This document shows positions 51,675-64,000 of a DNA stretch of 64,000 nucleotides, one piece after another (position 1 is the stretch's first letter; every line of letters begins with the position of its first letter). Origin of the DNA: Octopus sinensis (taxonomy: Eukaryota); assembly GCF_006345805.1 (NCBI RefSeq), contig NC_043011.1, forward strand, positions 14,458,464-14,522,463, in the 5' to 3' direction. Below the pieces are notes generated by a model. That model had not been told where the DNA came from. It saw nothing but the letters and a program-made list of their open reading frames with translations, and ran no database searches. Position numbers and translations under genes: made by a program.

Positions 51675-53061
51675 GAGCTAACTTGGAAAAGCTTAACATT
51701 ACTTGTTAGTACATCTTCAAGCGATACCAGTCTACTGTACACGATTTGTTGATTGGTCTTTCGGGAGTTAAGAATCCTGTCTTTGACTACAACGCAATAT
51801 CATCGAAGGAATACAAGTCATCGATCTTTTTGTCAGCACTCTATCGCTCTTACAGTTAGAACAGAAGCGGCTCTTTAAAATCGTGCGGAAGTGTGGTAGT
51901 TTAAATAAACCTAGTTACCATTTATAAAGGAAGAAAGAAGCCGGACGTTTTGATCCGCTGGCCCCTTAACGAAGCTTCAGAATTTACTTTCCTTGCGGTA
52001 ACTGAAATTATTTGAACTTCCTGTTAGGTACTTCACATTTCTTATTGAATTATTTGTTACATGTACTCGCACACATGAATGCGTGCTCACATATACACAA
52101 TCAAATGAACACACACACACACACATGCACACACATACACACACGCACGCGCATACACACATTCGCACACACGCATACAATCATATATATAACGATGTGT
52201 TTCTAAGGAATAAACGAACAGTCTTTGTTAGGAATTCTGGATTTTACCGTTATAATAATAGCGATAGTATACAGAAATGCTTCTTTCTTCTCCTGAAGGC
52301 TGGTAAGTGTTGGAGAAATGCAGTGAACGACGGAAGAGAATACAGGTGACAGAGAAATAACAAATATAGAAACCAGATCAATGCGCGACGAGGAAAACAT
52401 TCTACAACCATCTTAGCGACGGTTCATTCATGATCTTTTTGAATCCTACCCTTACCAGACATCCAGCATATTGTCTATTGGTCCTTTCAATCTTTCCAAT
52501 ATAATTCTGTCGAATATTTTTTCCGGAGCCGATGAGATACAAGTTCTTTGTAACTGGAACATGTGTTGGTATAAATCTATTATAGCGCTGTAAGAATTTC
52601 CATTCTCCTCTTCCTTATCTGCTGGAAATCCTTTCTTTCAAACATATTTAAAACACCTGGAAACATATTCTAATCTGTTTAGGTCTGATTCAAGTGCTTT
52701 TACGGAAATCATGTCTCGTCATTGTAACTTCCAAAATGTCAGCTTTTGTTGTTTCTTTATAATCTATGGCATCTTACTATTCTTTGATGTTAGGTGCATT
52801 CTCTCATTTCTGACTCTTTGAAATGAAATACCGATCTGTTCAGTTATCCTTTACTAATAAGCAAGTTAACACTATCTTGATAATTTTTATTTCACGATAA
52901 TCTTGATAATTCTTACTTCAATTTTCTTCTATATAATACAAATGTTTCATGTTCCCTCTTTCTATTACAATATCGCAACATTGAATTTTTCCCCCGTTTT
53001 CTCATTTCATTTTTTTTCAAAGATTTTGCAGAAATATAATATACCTTTCCTTTTAATAATA

Positions 53062-53277
53062 TGGGTTTCAAATTTTTCACAAGGCTAGTGACTCCGGTGG
53101 AAGGGGTAAGTCGATTACATATGCCCCAGTATTCAACTGGTACTATTTTTATGGACCCCGAAAGAGGTGAAAGATAAGGTCGTCCTCGACGGAATCTGAA
53201 CTTAGAACGTAAAGACGGATGAAATACCGCTAAGCATTTTCCCTGGCGTGCTTACGATTTTGCCAGGTTGCCGCCTC
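53062..53277 (-). mobile_element. Meta/MESC-domain SINE
   Basis: Same family motifs on the minus strand. Confidence 0.75.
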
Positions 53278-53451
53278 CTCTCCGTTTAATAATATTGCCC
53301 AATTGTTGCTCACCGTCGCTTCTCCAGTCTATATTTCTTGGACTTTTCTATAAAATCTTGGAATTACAGCGGTCTTCACTTTCTTGAACGCAGAATTCTT
53401 TTTTTTATGTATCTTCTGGTGGACACTCTATCTCGTGTGTGTGTGAACATG

Positions 53452-53723
<272 letters not shown>

Positions 53724-54010
53724 TACACATATGTACAATAATATATGTATCAGCAAAATTTTCCAAATTTTAGATTCAACTTCGAACCTTTGTATCTCAG
53801 GAATCCTTAAAGATAACTTAATGGAATCATTAGAGGTTTTTCTATCATTATTGGACCCTATTTTGAGCAAGCTCGCTCGAAGGATCGTGATGAAGTTGAT
53901 CATGGGCGAAAATGACACTTAAAAAAATAATTAATCATAGCTCAGGATTGAGAGTTCATAAAGGACTGGAATAAAGTTAGAATTGAAGCTTAAAGTTATA
54001 TTTCTAAATA

Positions 54011-55087
54011 TCAGAGACAATCGTGGCCGAAATTCAACCTGTTAGGCATCAAGAGCTGATTCTCTTTTGGCAATGACTTCTTCAACCCTCTCTTCCTGAT
54101 TGCAGCACAAAATTTCTTAATAAATTCCTCATCAATGTCCTTCTCCCACATACTACAGATGGAGCTTTTGATGGCATGCAGGTTACTGTGGGACTTCTCA
54201 CAAGCTTTTCTGACCAGTTCCTTCCAGATGCTGAAGTCTAAAGGGTTCAAATAAGGCGATGAATGTGGTGGGGAGATTCAATCGTCCTTATCCCCAAACC
54301 TGAGAAATTTTTGAGCCACTGCACTTGTGTGACAAGGAGCTCCATTGCTGGAATGTAAACTTGAAGTCCTTAGTGGTCTTATTGGAATTTCTCTCGACTC
54401 TTGCCTCAGGATATTCAGCAGGGTATTTACATCTTTCAAAACCTGAATATAACAAACTCCTGTCAGCCTCTCAAACATGATCATCGGTATCTTCTTGCCA
54501 GTAGAGGCCATGCAGGCGAAAATCATTACTTTGGCAAGGGTTTTGTCCCTGAAAATGTTATTTTTGGCTCTCTCGTGAGGACCTGAAACCATAACGCAGC
54601 TGTTGGGTCTGTTTGTATGCGTATCTTGGGTGAAATTCTCATCTGTGTAAAGGATCACTCCAAGATTCTGTTTCACTTTGTTCACGATGAACTTCGCCCT
54701 TTCCAGCCTTGTAACCTTTTGTCCTGGAGTAACAAGATGCCTCACAGGTCTCACATACGATTTTATTTTAAAATCTTCTGTCACCGTTCTTTGAACTGCC
54801 ACTGCTGAAACTCCCCTCTCACGTGCCAAGCATATTATGGATTGAATTGGATCTCTTCTGATTGATCTCTTCAGCTCTAGATTGAAATGATGATCCCTCT
54901 TGTGGTTATGACATCCTGATCCAGGTTCCTTTCTTTTGTTCCCTTTTTTATCTTACTTATTCACAATTCTCCTAATGGTTCTTGAATGGACCTTGAAGAT
55001 TGGAGCCAGAGAATGAATTTTGGTACCATTTCTGAAGGCCTGGGTGATCTAAGCCCTTTCAACAACATTGCTCAGTTAGGAAGACAT
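54011..55087 (-). pseudogene. Tc1/mariner-superfamily (maT-like) transposase pseudogene
   Basis: HTH MARERGVS..VQRTV, then ILYTDE, KVMIFACM, GAPCHTS and SPYLNPLDFSIW; contains stops and frameshifts. Confidence 0.85.
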
Positions 55088-56398
55088 GGTGAGGCTGGCA
55101 CAAAACGCTTTCAGCCTGTTCTCTTTCTTACTAAATAGCTCAATGGATAATTCACTGATTCTTACAAAACCTGGCGTCGTCAGAATGGCCAAATGCATGT
55201 ATGTCTCTCCTCTCCACGTCACCTATGTTTATCCAAGGAAGATGGGCTGAGTTTGTCCCTAGTGTTGCCGCAGTTGCTGCTGTCCGAACGCAAAGAGACA
55301 GAACAGTTACCGTAAAACAATGTGTTCGACTCTCTAAATTTTCTGCCATTCCACCACAGTTGATTGGCATTCTTTCACTGGCTTCCTGCTGAAATATCGG
55401 CAAAATATGATATGCGAATGTGTGTATGTGTATGTGTATGTGCGTGTTCCTCTGTGTGTATGTATTTGTGTGTGTGTGTATTGTGCGTGTTTGTGTGTGT
55501 ATGTGTATGCATGTGTAGATATGCGTGTTTATCAGATTGTGTATCTGACAGCGCAGAGTCAGAACAAACACTGCGAGGCATTCTATCCGACATTCTAACA
55601 ACTCTGTCAATTCGTCGCCTTCACAGCTATATTTAAAATCTTTTTTTTTCCCCAGTCATACATGAAACTTAATTCTAACGAAACCTGATATTCTTCTTCA
55701 AAGCTGTTGTGAAGATTCCAGCTGTTACAATTTTCTCAAGAGACCTTACTCATTCTTTGTATGTACTTTATCATCACAATCTTCGTTATTTCTGCCCACA
55801 AAATAAAACAAGACTAATTACATTTTACAGTTCCTCAAATAATTTATGTCATGATTGCTTTATTTAATGTACAACCATAAAAAAGTTTTGATTGGGAAAT
55901 AAGGAAACAAAACCTGAAAAATAAAACAAAACAGATGATTTCCTTTAATTTGAAATACAATTTTAATCAAAACAGTAGTAGATTTATATTTACCTCATAG
56001 ATCTGTACAACAACAGCAACAATAGAAACAACAACATCCAGAGTATGGAAGATGAAAGGGAAGTGTAAAGAGCTGTTGCAGGGACACGTTATACACATGT
56101 GGTTCTAGCAATCATGCATATTTAATTGATATTCTCACACGAATCTTTTTCTTTTATAATCAATGAATTTAACGAAGACAAAAGTATTTGAAACACTGAC
56201 TTTCTAATTCTAAGTAACACATAAATAATTGCACATACCAATACACGAACTCATATCCATCCCGATTTATTGATCACGAGCACCCAATGTAATAGGCGTA
56301 CTAAATCAACAGTTCCTTGTTATTTAACAATTCATCAGATTTCCCTCATCTCTCCTAAAACTGCTGATGATAGTAGCTGAAAGCTATTTATTAACACT

Positions 56399-56703
56399 GT
56401 GGAGGCACATGGCCTAGTGGTTAGAGCAGCGGACTCGCGGTCGAGGGATCGCGGGTTCGAATCTCAGACCGGGCGATGTGTGTGTGTTTATGAGCGAAAC
56501 ACCTAAGCTCCACGCGGCTCCGGCAGAAGGTAATGGCGAACTTCTGCTGACTCTTTCGCCACAACTTTCTCTCACTCTTTCTTCCTGCATCCAGCAGCTC
56601 ACCTGCGACGGACTGGCGTCCCGTCCAGGTGGGGAACCTATGCGCCAAGGAAACCGGGAAACCGGCCCTTATGAGCCAGGCATGGCACAAGAAGGAACAA
56701 ACA
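56399..56703 (+). mobile_element. OR-type tRNA-derived SINE with 13-bp TSD
   Basis: A box tggcctagtggtt and B box gggttcgaatc; TSD atttattaacact at 56386-56398 and 56704-56716. Confidence 0.9.
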
Positions 56704-57751
56704 ATTTATTAACACTATCTGGATGTCAGCCTTGTACCATTATGAAGATGAGTGCATCTAGGCACATACTTGTTTAGATTTTAATAACCATTAACTGCAA
56801 TCACTAAGAAGTTTGGAAGGGAGAAAATCATGATGATATTGAAACTAGCTCAATACTCATCGGAGCTGCAGAAAGAGCTCTCGTGAGCCTAATTTTGTAT
56901 CAATATTGAATAAATAGAATATGAATCCACACATGTATTCATTCATAACCCATTACCCTAATAATTATTACACAAGCATGTTTAACTGGGAGCGAAATAA
57001 CTTTTATTTTAGATTCAAGCAGTTCTGAAATACTTCCTTGTTTTAAACTGTCTTCATACTTATCTTTCTGTTTCAAGATGGTATTTCAAATACTTTACAC
57101 AGCGGAAACTAGAAGTAAAACAAATTAAAAACCATAGCTTGTGATCAGAAAGATGTAAATGACTTGCTTTTTATATACCAATAAGAAAACGGTCAAATTA
57201 AATACTCGTTACCTTATATCAGAAAACTTTCTGGTGTTTGTTAAACTGTTATAAGTGACAGATAAGTAGTATTAACTGGTGTCTTTGATTAATGATTTGG
57301 AAATTGAAGAAAAAGAAAAAGAAAAGTAAATAAATGAAATAAAAGAGAGAACGAGAAATAAAATCTCTGAAGTTTTTGCTTCATTGAAATTTATATTTTA
57401 AAAGATTATCGATGAGGATTAATATTCTTCTGAGTGACAGTGTGAACAAATGATTGGTTTCTAACACTTGTACTCTATCTTTCATTGTCAGTTATCCAAA
57501 CTGGTGGTGGTGGTGGGGGGGAATAACCTTGTGTTAAGCGATTAGTCAAATAAACATTTTGTCTCAACATCTGTGATTCTTCTAAACGTATGTAAATAGT
57601 TTTGATGAAATTAAAAACACACAGGCGAAATAAATGATCAAAGACAATATGCAATAAAGCACAGTCTAGATTTAGTACTAACTTCTTGCAACTTTGACTT
57701 CTAACAATTTATAATCTGAAAGAGATATAAAGAAATTACCATCATAGAAGT

Positions 57752-57782
<31 letters not shown>

Positions 57783-57852
57783 GTAGAAATAATGGTGAAG
57801 TTGATAATGATAAGAATACTATTAATAATAATGGCGATGATGACGATAATGG

Positions 57853-57905
<53 letters not shown>

Positions 57906-57990
57906 ATAATAATAATAATAATAATAATAGTAATAATAATAATAATAATATAATAATAATAATAATAATAATAATAAAACAACAACAACA
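57752..57990. repeat. (AAC)/(ACT)/(AAT) compound microsatellite
   Basis: Direct inspection. Confidence 0.9.
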
Positions 57991-59486
57991 TTGATACTAG
58001 TGTAATAATATCCTTAACAGTATTAAACATTTTACATCAAAAGTAATGTTAGTATATTGATTTTCGTAGAACATGTGGTAACCATACTGAAAATCTTAAT
58101 TTCGTTTGTCCATCAAATCGAATCTGCCACTCAGTTTCGATTTTCAAGTATGATTTTCAAGCTTGTTTCATGCTGTAAATGATGTTGAGAATGGCATAAA
58201 TATCAGCAATTTCCCTACCGCCTTTTAAAACACCGGACTTTATATTTTTGTAATATCCATTTCAGTTGAATTGCTAGAATTTTAAAACATTTTCGGCTGT
58301 TCTAAAAGTGATGACATAATAGATATGCTGACAATACGGAAGAAAATTGGGGGATTTCGGTTACTTGTATCTATCAAATGAAATGAGTCCGCTCGGTTTG
58401 CAAGCATTCAAACCAGCCCTCTGGTATGAGAACAATCCATGAGCCGTGGCTTCTTCCCGCGCCCAAAAGTGTCTTTCTCTCTGTGTTTTTCTCTCTCTTT
58501 CCTTCTCCCTCTCTCTGTTTCCTCTTTCATGTATGTATATATGTATCTATGTATGTATGTTGAAGAGCATAGGGTTGAAACGCAAAAGACTTCTTCATTT
58601 TTCTCGAGCGTGAAACTAATACGCTTGCTTGTTGTTCATACACCTATCTTCGTTTTTTTGCTTTTCTATAAATTTCAACTATATATATATATATATATAT
58701 ATACACGCACGCATGTGTATGCTATATATACGACGTTTCAGCTGATCAAATTTCACTCACACAGCGTCGATCAACTTTAAGGCTATAATAGAAAGTAATT
58801 ATTGTAGGTATTCTGTAGTGAAATTGAACCCATAACCAGGTCATGAAGGACCGGTCTTAATCTTACAGCAAGCCCTGCTGAAAAGAAGAGACAAAACAAA
58901 CAAAAGACGAACACAAATATGAAAAAAAAAAAAAATTTCACTACCCTGGAATTAACGAGATTTCAAAATAGACGTTTTTTTGGCGATAGATTTGGTGTTT
59001 TTTACCTCAGTTTTTCACAGCGGGATTAAATAATTTAAATTCAAGTCTATAATTTGTCAGGCTGCTGAATGTTGTCTCTTGTAGCTAATGTTATACCAGT
59101 CTTACTGTTGAATTATGTATCATATATTGTCGTGGAACAACATTTCACTTATTCTATTGTGAAGAAATAGTCTAACAAATCTATTATTAAGGATAACGTT
59201 ACCTGTGAAATGAGTGTCGTAATATGCTACCAAGTGAATGTTCGATTATTTATATTATATAAATAGTACTATGTATAATCCATGGACAAACAAAGTCACT
59301 CAATTCTCAATAGTTAAATAGAAACCTAACAATAAACAGGTATTGTACGAAAACCCATCTCACCGTTACAAGCAGGATAACCACTGCATAATTGGCATAA
59401 ATATTTCATTGCTTTACTGAGCTGAATCCAACATTTCTGTTTTGGAGAGGAATTAGCTTTGCTAAACAAACTTACTCTTTTACCCT

Positions 59487-59887
59487 TTTACTTGTCTTAG
59501 TCACTTGACTGCGGCCAGGCTGAAGCACCACCTTTAGTCGAGCAAATCGAAACCCAGGACTTATTCTTTGTAAGCCTAGTACTTATTCTATTGGTCTCTT
59601 TTGCCGAACCGCTAAGTTACGGGGACGCAAACACATCACCATCGGTTGTGAAGCGATGTTGAGAGGGGTGATAAACACAGACACACAAACATAAACACAC
59701 ACATACATATATATATATATATACACATTATTTACGACGGGATTCTTTCAGTTTCCGTCTACCAAATCCACTCACAAGGCTTTGGTCGGCCCGAGGCTAT
59801 AGTAGAAGACACTTGCCCAAGGTGCCACGCAGTGGGGATGTACCCGGAACCATGTGGTTGGTAAGCAAGCTACTTACTACACAGCCT
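59487..59887 (-). mobile_element. tRNA-derived SINE with CORE-like domain (second copy ~62310-62700)
   Basis: Minus strand ggctgtgtagtaagtagcttgc..ggcaccttgggcaagtgtcttc; homologous to 62310-62700. Confidence 0.75.
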
Positions 59888-60040
59888 GGATAAATTCGAT
59901 CTTTTCAGACACCCACGTTCCAGTGGATTATGTAACTTGTCAACAACGTTATCAGAACTGTTAACATCACAATATAAAAAATACAAAGATATGAAATCAC
60001 CTTTGTGATATTTCTTATAGAACTATCAATACACTATGTT

Positions 60041-60407
60041 GTTGTATTTAGGAATGGCCATGTTGCCAGTTTAGCCAATAAAAATACACGCACTATGTAT
60101 TTGGTGTTAATTTGCTTCAGCTTTATTTATATATTTTTTGGCTGATCGTTAATAAGGAGAGACACACAAATAAGAAATAAGAAAGCAAAGGACCACTGAT
60201 GAGGTCACAGAAGTGTGACGAAAGAACTCTGGCCGAAATAAGATTCAGATTAATGTAGAAAATAAATAAAGCTGAAGCAAATTAAAACCAAATATATAGT
60301 GCGTGTGTTTTTATTGGCTAAACTGGCAACATGACCATCCCCAAATACAACAATATCTGTTTCAACACACGATTTCACATCAAGAATCTTGCAAAACAAA
60401 TATATAA
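60041..60407 (+). mobile_element. PLE-like element: ~90-bp inverted piece, HHR, sense end and tail
   Basis: 60041-60130 is the reverse complement of ~60262-60352; same family as 28315-28530. Confidence 0.75.
60190..60234 (+). ncRNA. Minimal type I hammerhead ribozyme
   Basis: gga-CCA CUGAUGA g GUCACA gaag UGUGAC GAAA GAAC UC UGG-cc. Canonical core; CUC cleavage after 60229. Confidence 0.8.
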
Positions 60408-61149
60408 ACGTAATCTATACACTTTATTTAACCAAGAAGAGATTCTCTCACCACAGGCAAAACACGAGTTTATACGCTGTATACTCGAAATTGTATTGTT
60501 ATCTTACCTGTCATGTCATATTAAGTTAAACTGTATATTTATTTTCAGTTGTGAAAACTTTTGCTAACTCTAGGAACTGATCTCCCGTTTATATGATAAA
60601 AACCAAAGATGCTTATTTGTTGTCTCGGTACATTACCCAGTCAACAATGATCCGATCACTTTTTGCAGTACATACAAGGATGTTTGTTTTCTAAAACCTC
60701 GACTTCCTTGGAAAGAAAATACCTTGTACATAGATCAGTTGTCATGATAATCTAACCATAAAATCAATATAAGGCTTGACTTGGTCGATGTTTAATAAGA
60801 GACAGCTTGTCTAAAGATTAGATAGAAAATAATACAGCAATGGAAAACTCCACCCACAATATCGAACGCTGTTTCTTGTTGAGTATTTCCAGTGTAGACG
60901 TTCATTATCTTATAAAGATGTTTATTAGTTCATATTAATGTCCCTCGTCTATTCTTTATGAATAATGAAATAATGAAAAAGTAACGATGATTTCTAATTT
61001 TGGCGCAAAACCACGCAATCTTTGGACAGCAGGGTGTGGTCGATTTAATCGACATCGACTCCGGGAATTGTCTGCGACTTATTCTATGGTTACCGGATAA
61101 ATGTAAGGCAAAGTCACTTCTGGTGATATTTGGACACAGGCAGCTACAA

Positions 61150-61169
61150 AAACAACAACAACAACAGCA

Positions 61170-61240
<71 letters not shown>

Positions 61241-61307
61241 CACCACCACCATCACTACTACTACTACTACTACCACCACCACCACCACAACCACCACTAC
61301 TACTACC

Positions 61308-61357
<50 letters not shown>
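61150..61357. repeat. (AAC)/(ACT)/(ACC) compound microsatellite
   Basis: Direct inspection. Confidence 0.95.
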
Positions 61358-61358
<1 letters not shown>

Positions 61359-61936
61359 TCTCATATTTTGCTAACAGGGCCCTTCGTGTATGTAACAGAC
61401 TTGTTACGAAGGGAATACAAAATGACAGGATATGCTGAGCACAGACATTACTGCGTGTGTCAAAAACTTGGGATATTATGGAAGAACGAATGTTCAAATA
61501 TGTTATTATTATGCACAATAGTACTTCATTTCCGTCTGTGCGCAATCTCACCACCATATTTGTATATCTCTGCAATATCATACATACTTCCTGTTTTTCG
61601 CTTTTACGCCCCTCACTTTCTCTTTTCAGCCTAACACAGAATTTTACCTGTACCTTTCGTGTACAGGTAAATGTACAGAATTTTACCTGTACCTATCGTC
61701 TACAGGTAAATGTCAATTTTACTTGTCTAAAAACGCTATTTGAGCAATACCTCTTCAGCCTATACTTTACCTATTTAAAAAGAAGTGATGCGTATCATTT
61801 AAATTAAGTGCAGCTTAAAAAACACGTTTTAGCCATTCAAAAATACACAAAATCTGTTGGCTTCGCGTAAACCTTTATTTTTGTCATCAGTGACCAGGTT
61901 ACAATTTCGAGTAACGAAAATTTCCATAGCACCTTA

Positions 61937-62150
61937 ATTTCAAATTTTGGCACAAGGCAAAAATTTCGGGTGAATGAGGGTAAGTTGATTACATCGACTC
62001 TCGTGCTCAACTTGTAGCGATTTTATCAACTCCAAAAGGGGATGAAAGGTAAAGTCGGCCTCGGTGGAATTTTAAGTCAGAACGTAAAGACGGCCGAAAT
62101 GCTCCTAGGCATTTTGCCCGGAATGCAAATGATTCTGTCAGCTTGCCGCT
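61937..62150 (-). mobile_element. Meta/MESC-domain SINE, diverged
   Basis: gatgaaaggtaaagtcggcctcggtggaattt on +. Confidence 0.7.
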
Positions 62151-62819
62151 CTCCTTGAATTTTGACTTCATATTACAAACGTTTAAGTGACGTTGACAGT
62201 CTTTGTGTGTTTCTGGATGTGTCTTCCACGCTGGAATCGCCTTGGTTTCAACACACGGTTTCAGATCAAAAGACTTGCCTGCTAAGTGCACTTTCCAAAT
62301 CTTTTATCTTTTACTTGTTTCAGTTATTTCACTGCAGCCATGCTGGTGCATCACCCTGAAGGGTTTTAGTCGAAAAAAATCAAATCCATGCCTTATTTTA
62401 TAAAGCCTGGCTCCTATTTTGCCGAACCGCTAAGTTACGGGATCATAAGCAGACCAACAGCCATTTACATAAGCAGACCAAACACCTATATACAAACATA
62501 TATAGACATATACATATATATACTTCTATATGAAGGGCTTTTTTCAGTTTCCGTTTACTATATTCACCCACAAGGTTTTGTTCGGCTAGAGGCCATAGCA
62601 GAACACAGCTGCTTAAGGTGCTACGCAGTAGGACTAAATCCGAAACCATATGGTTGGTAAGTACGCAAACTTCTTACCACATAGCCACGCCTGCGCCTAC
62701 ATACAACATATAATTTAACTTTACAGAAAAACGTTGCTGCTGTACAGAAGATAAAAACTGACTGCTTTCAGAGTTTGTTATCGAAGCGTCTCTGTGAAAC
62801 GTCGTCTGGACAAGAAAGA

Positions 62820-64000
62820 TGTGAAAGAATATGCACTAACCTCAAGAGAATCGTGAAAAAGCTTGTTTTGATAATACATCCATAAAAATGAAGATAGAGG
62901 CAGGACTTAGTGCATCAAAGCAATAAGAAAAAGTCGTTGGCTTACAGAAGTAGAGCTCGAAGCTATCAAAATACGAATTTTAGAAAACAGCAGCAGAAGA
63001 AAGGATAAAAATACATTTCCTACTGATAAAAGTAATCTCGTAGCAGAAAACAGAGGAGAAATCTCTAATAAACCACAGGAAAAGAACAGTGATAGCTTGC
63101 TCGATGAGAGACATATAGATGGTCTGGGAGGAGACAATAAAACTAATGGTGACATGACAGATGGGTAAAAGGCAATCTATGACAGAATAAAGGCTATAGG
63201 AGAACGATATCGACATTGTTTGCAACCTTAAAATGGTTGATCAGTGGAAATTGAAATTGAAGCGAAAACATAACAGACACAAATGATTTGATCAAAGCAA
63301 CAAGAATTGTTGTAGAAGAAAATGTAGGTGTTGATGTCAAGAAAAAATATAATGGGAGTGACAAAAGAAAAAAAATCCATGGTGGAAAAGAATACAAGCG
63401 GGGTTAGATATGCTCTCAAAGGACATTTCTGTGTTAAACTGAAAAGAGAAAGGGGGGCGCGTAAAAGCGAAAAAAATTCGGGACACTGAACAGGAAGTAT
63501 GTAGGATATTGAAGGAAAGGGGCTGAGAGTTGTAATGGAGGAACTGAAACAGCGCCTCGTTGCAAAGAAACCAAAGATGGTAAGATACGACCAAAGAATG
63601 AAGGGATACCAGCAGAATAGTTTATTCAGAGTAGATCAGAAGAGATTCTATAAAGAAATAAATGGAGAGTGTACAGATGAAAAGTTGATACCAGATAACA
63701 TTGAAAGTCAAAGGTTTTGGAGTGACATCTGGAGCAAAGACAAGGAGCACAAGAAGAATGCTGAATGGTTGCAAGAACTAAAACAAACAGTAGTCTGTCC
63801 AAAACAAGCAGAACTAGTCATTTCAGTTAGGGGAGTGAAGGAAATCAGCAAAAATAAAAAAGGGCAACTGGAAGGCCCCGGGACCAGATGGAACTCAAGG
63901 CTACTGGATCAAAAGATTTGGTGAATGTCATGCACGAATAGCTGCACAACACCCTGTTAAATGCCGACCAAGTAACACCAGAGTGGTTGACATTAGGTAG
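62820..64000 (+). pseudogene. Decayed R4/Dong-like LINE, N-terminal to pre-RT region, running off the window
   Basis: EELKQRLVAK..YQQNSLF..QKRFYKEI..RFWSDIWS..NAEWL and NWKAPGPDG..YWIK align by eye with the pre-RT part of the 1229-aa ORF. Confidence 0.85.

Noticed and set aside
56364-56390. ctgatga-tagtagct-gaaagcta minimal HHR look-alike
   Set aside because: No stem I pairing; its 3' side is the SINE TSD.

Overview
AT-rich, microsatellite-dense eukaryotic DNA, almost all repeats. The SINE and LINE families suggest a cephalopod, probably Octopus (inferred from recall of those families, not from a search). No host gene is firmly identifiable; there are only a few weak exon candidates. The one long intact ORF (29736-33425, minus) is an R4/Dong-clade non-LTR retrotransposon inserted in (TAA)n. 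The rest is decayed R4, RTE, CR1, Tc1/mariner, piggyBac and Helitron remnants plus many tRNA-derived SINEs. The most striking signal is a set of at least six distinct non-coding element families, each carrying a type I hammerhead ribozyme (HHR) motif and sitting in or beside (TA)n or (AAT)n microsatellites. Several share a Penelope-like layout: an inverted 5' piece, sense copies (sometimes tandem) and a short unique tail. These include a near-perfect array of nine 546-bp units (456-5776) and a 536-bp-unit element (14146-15645), both resembling retrozymes or non-autonomous Penelope-like elements (PLEs). One copy (28315-28437) ends exactly at the predicted ribozyme cleavage site of its family. 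Boundaries of decayed repeats are approximate.
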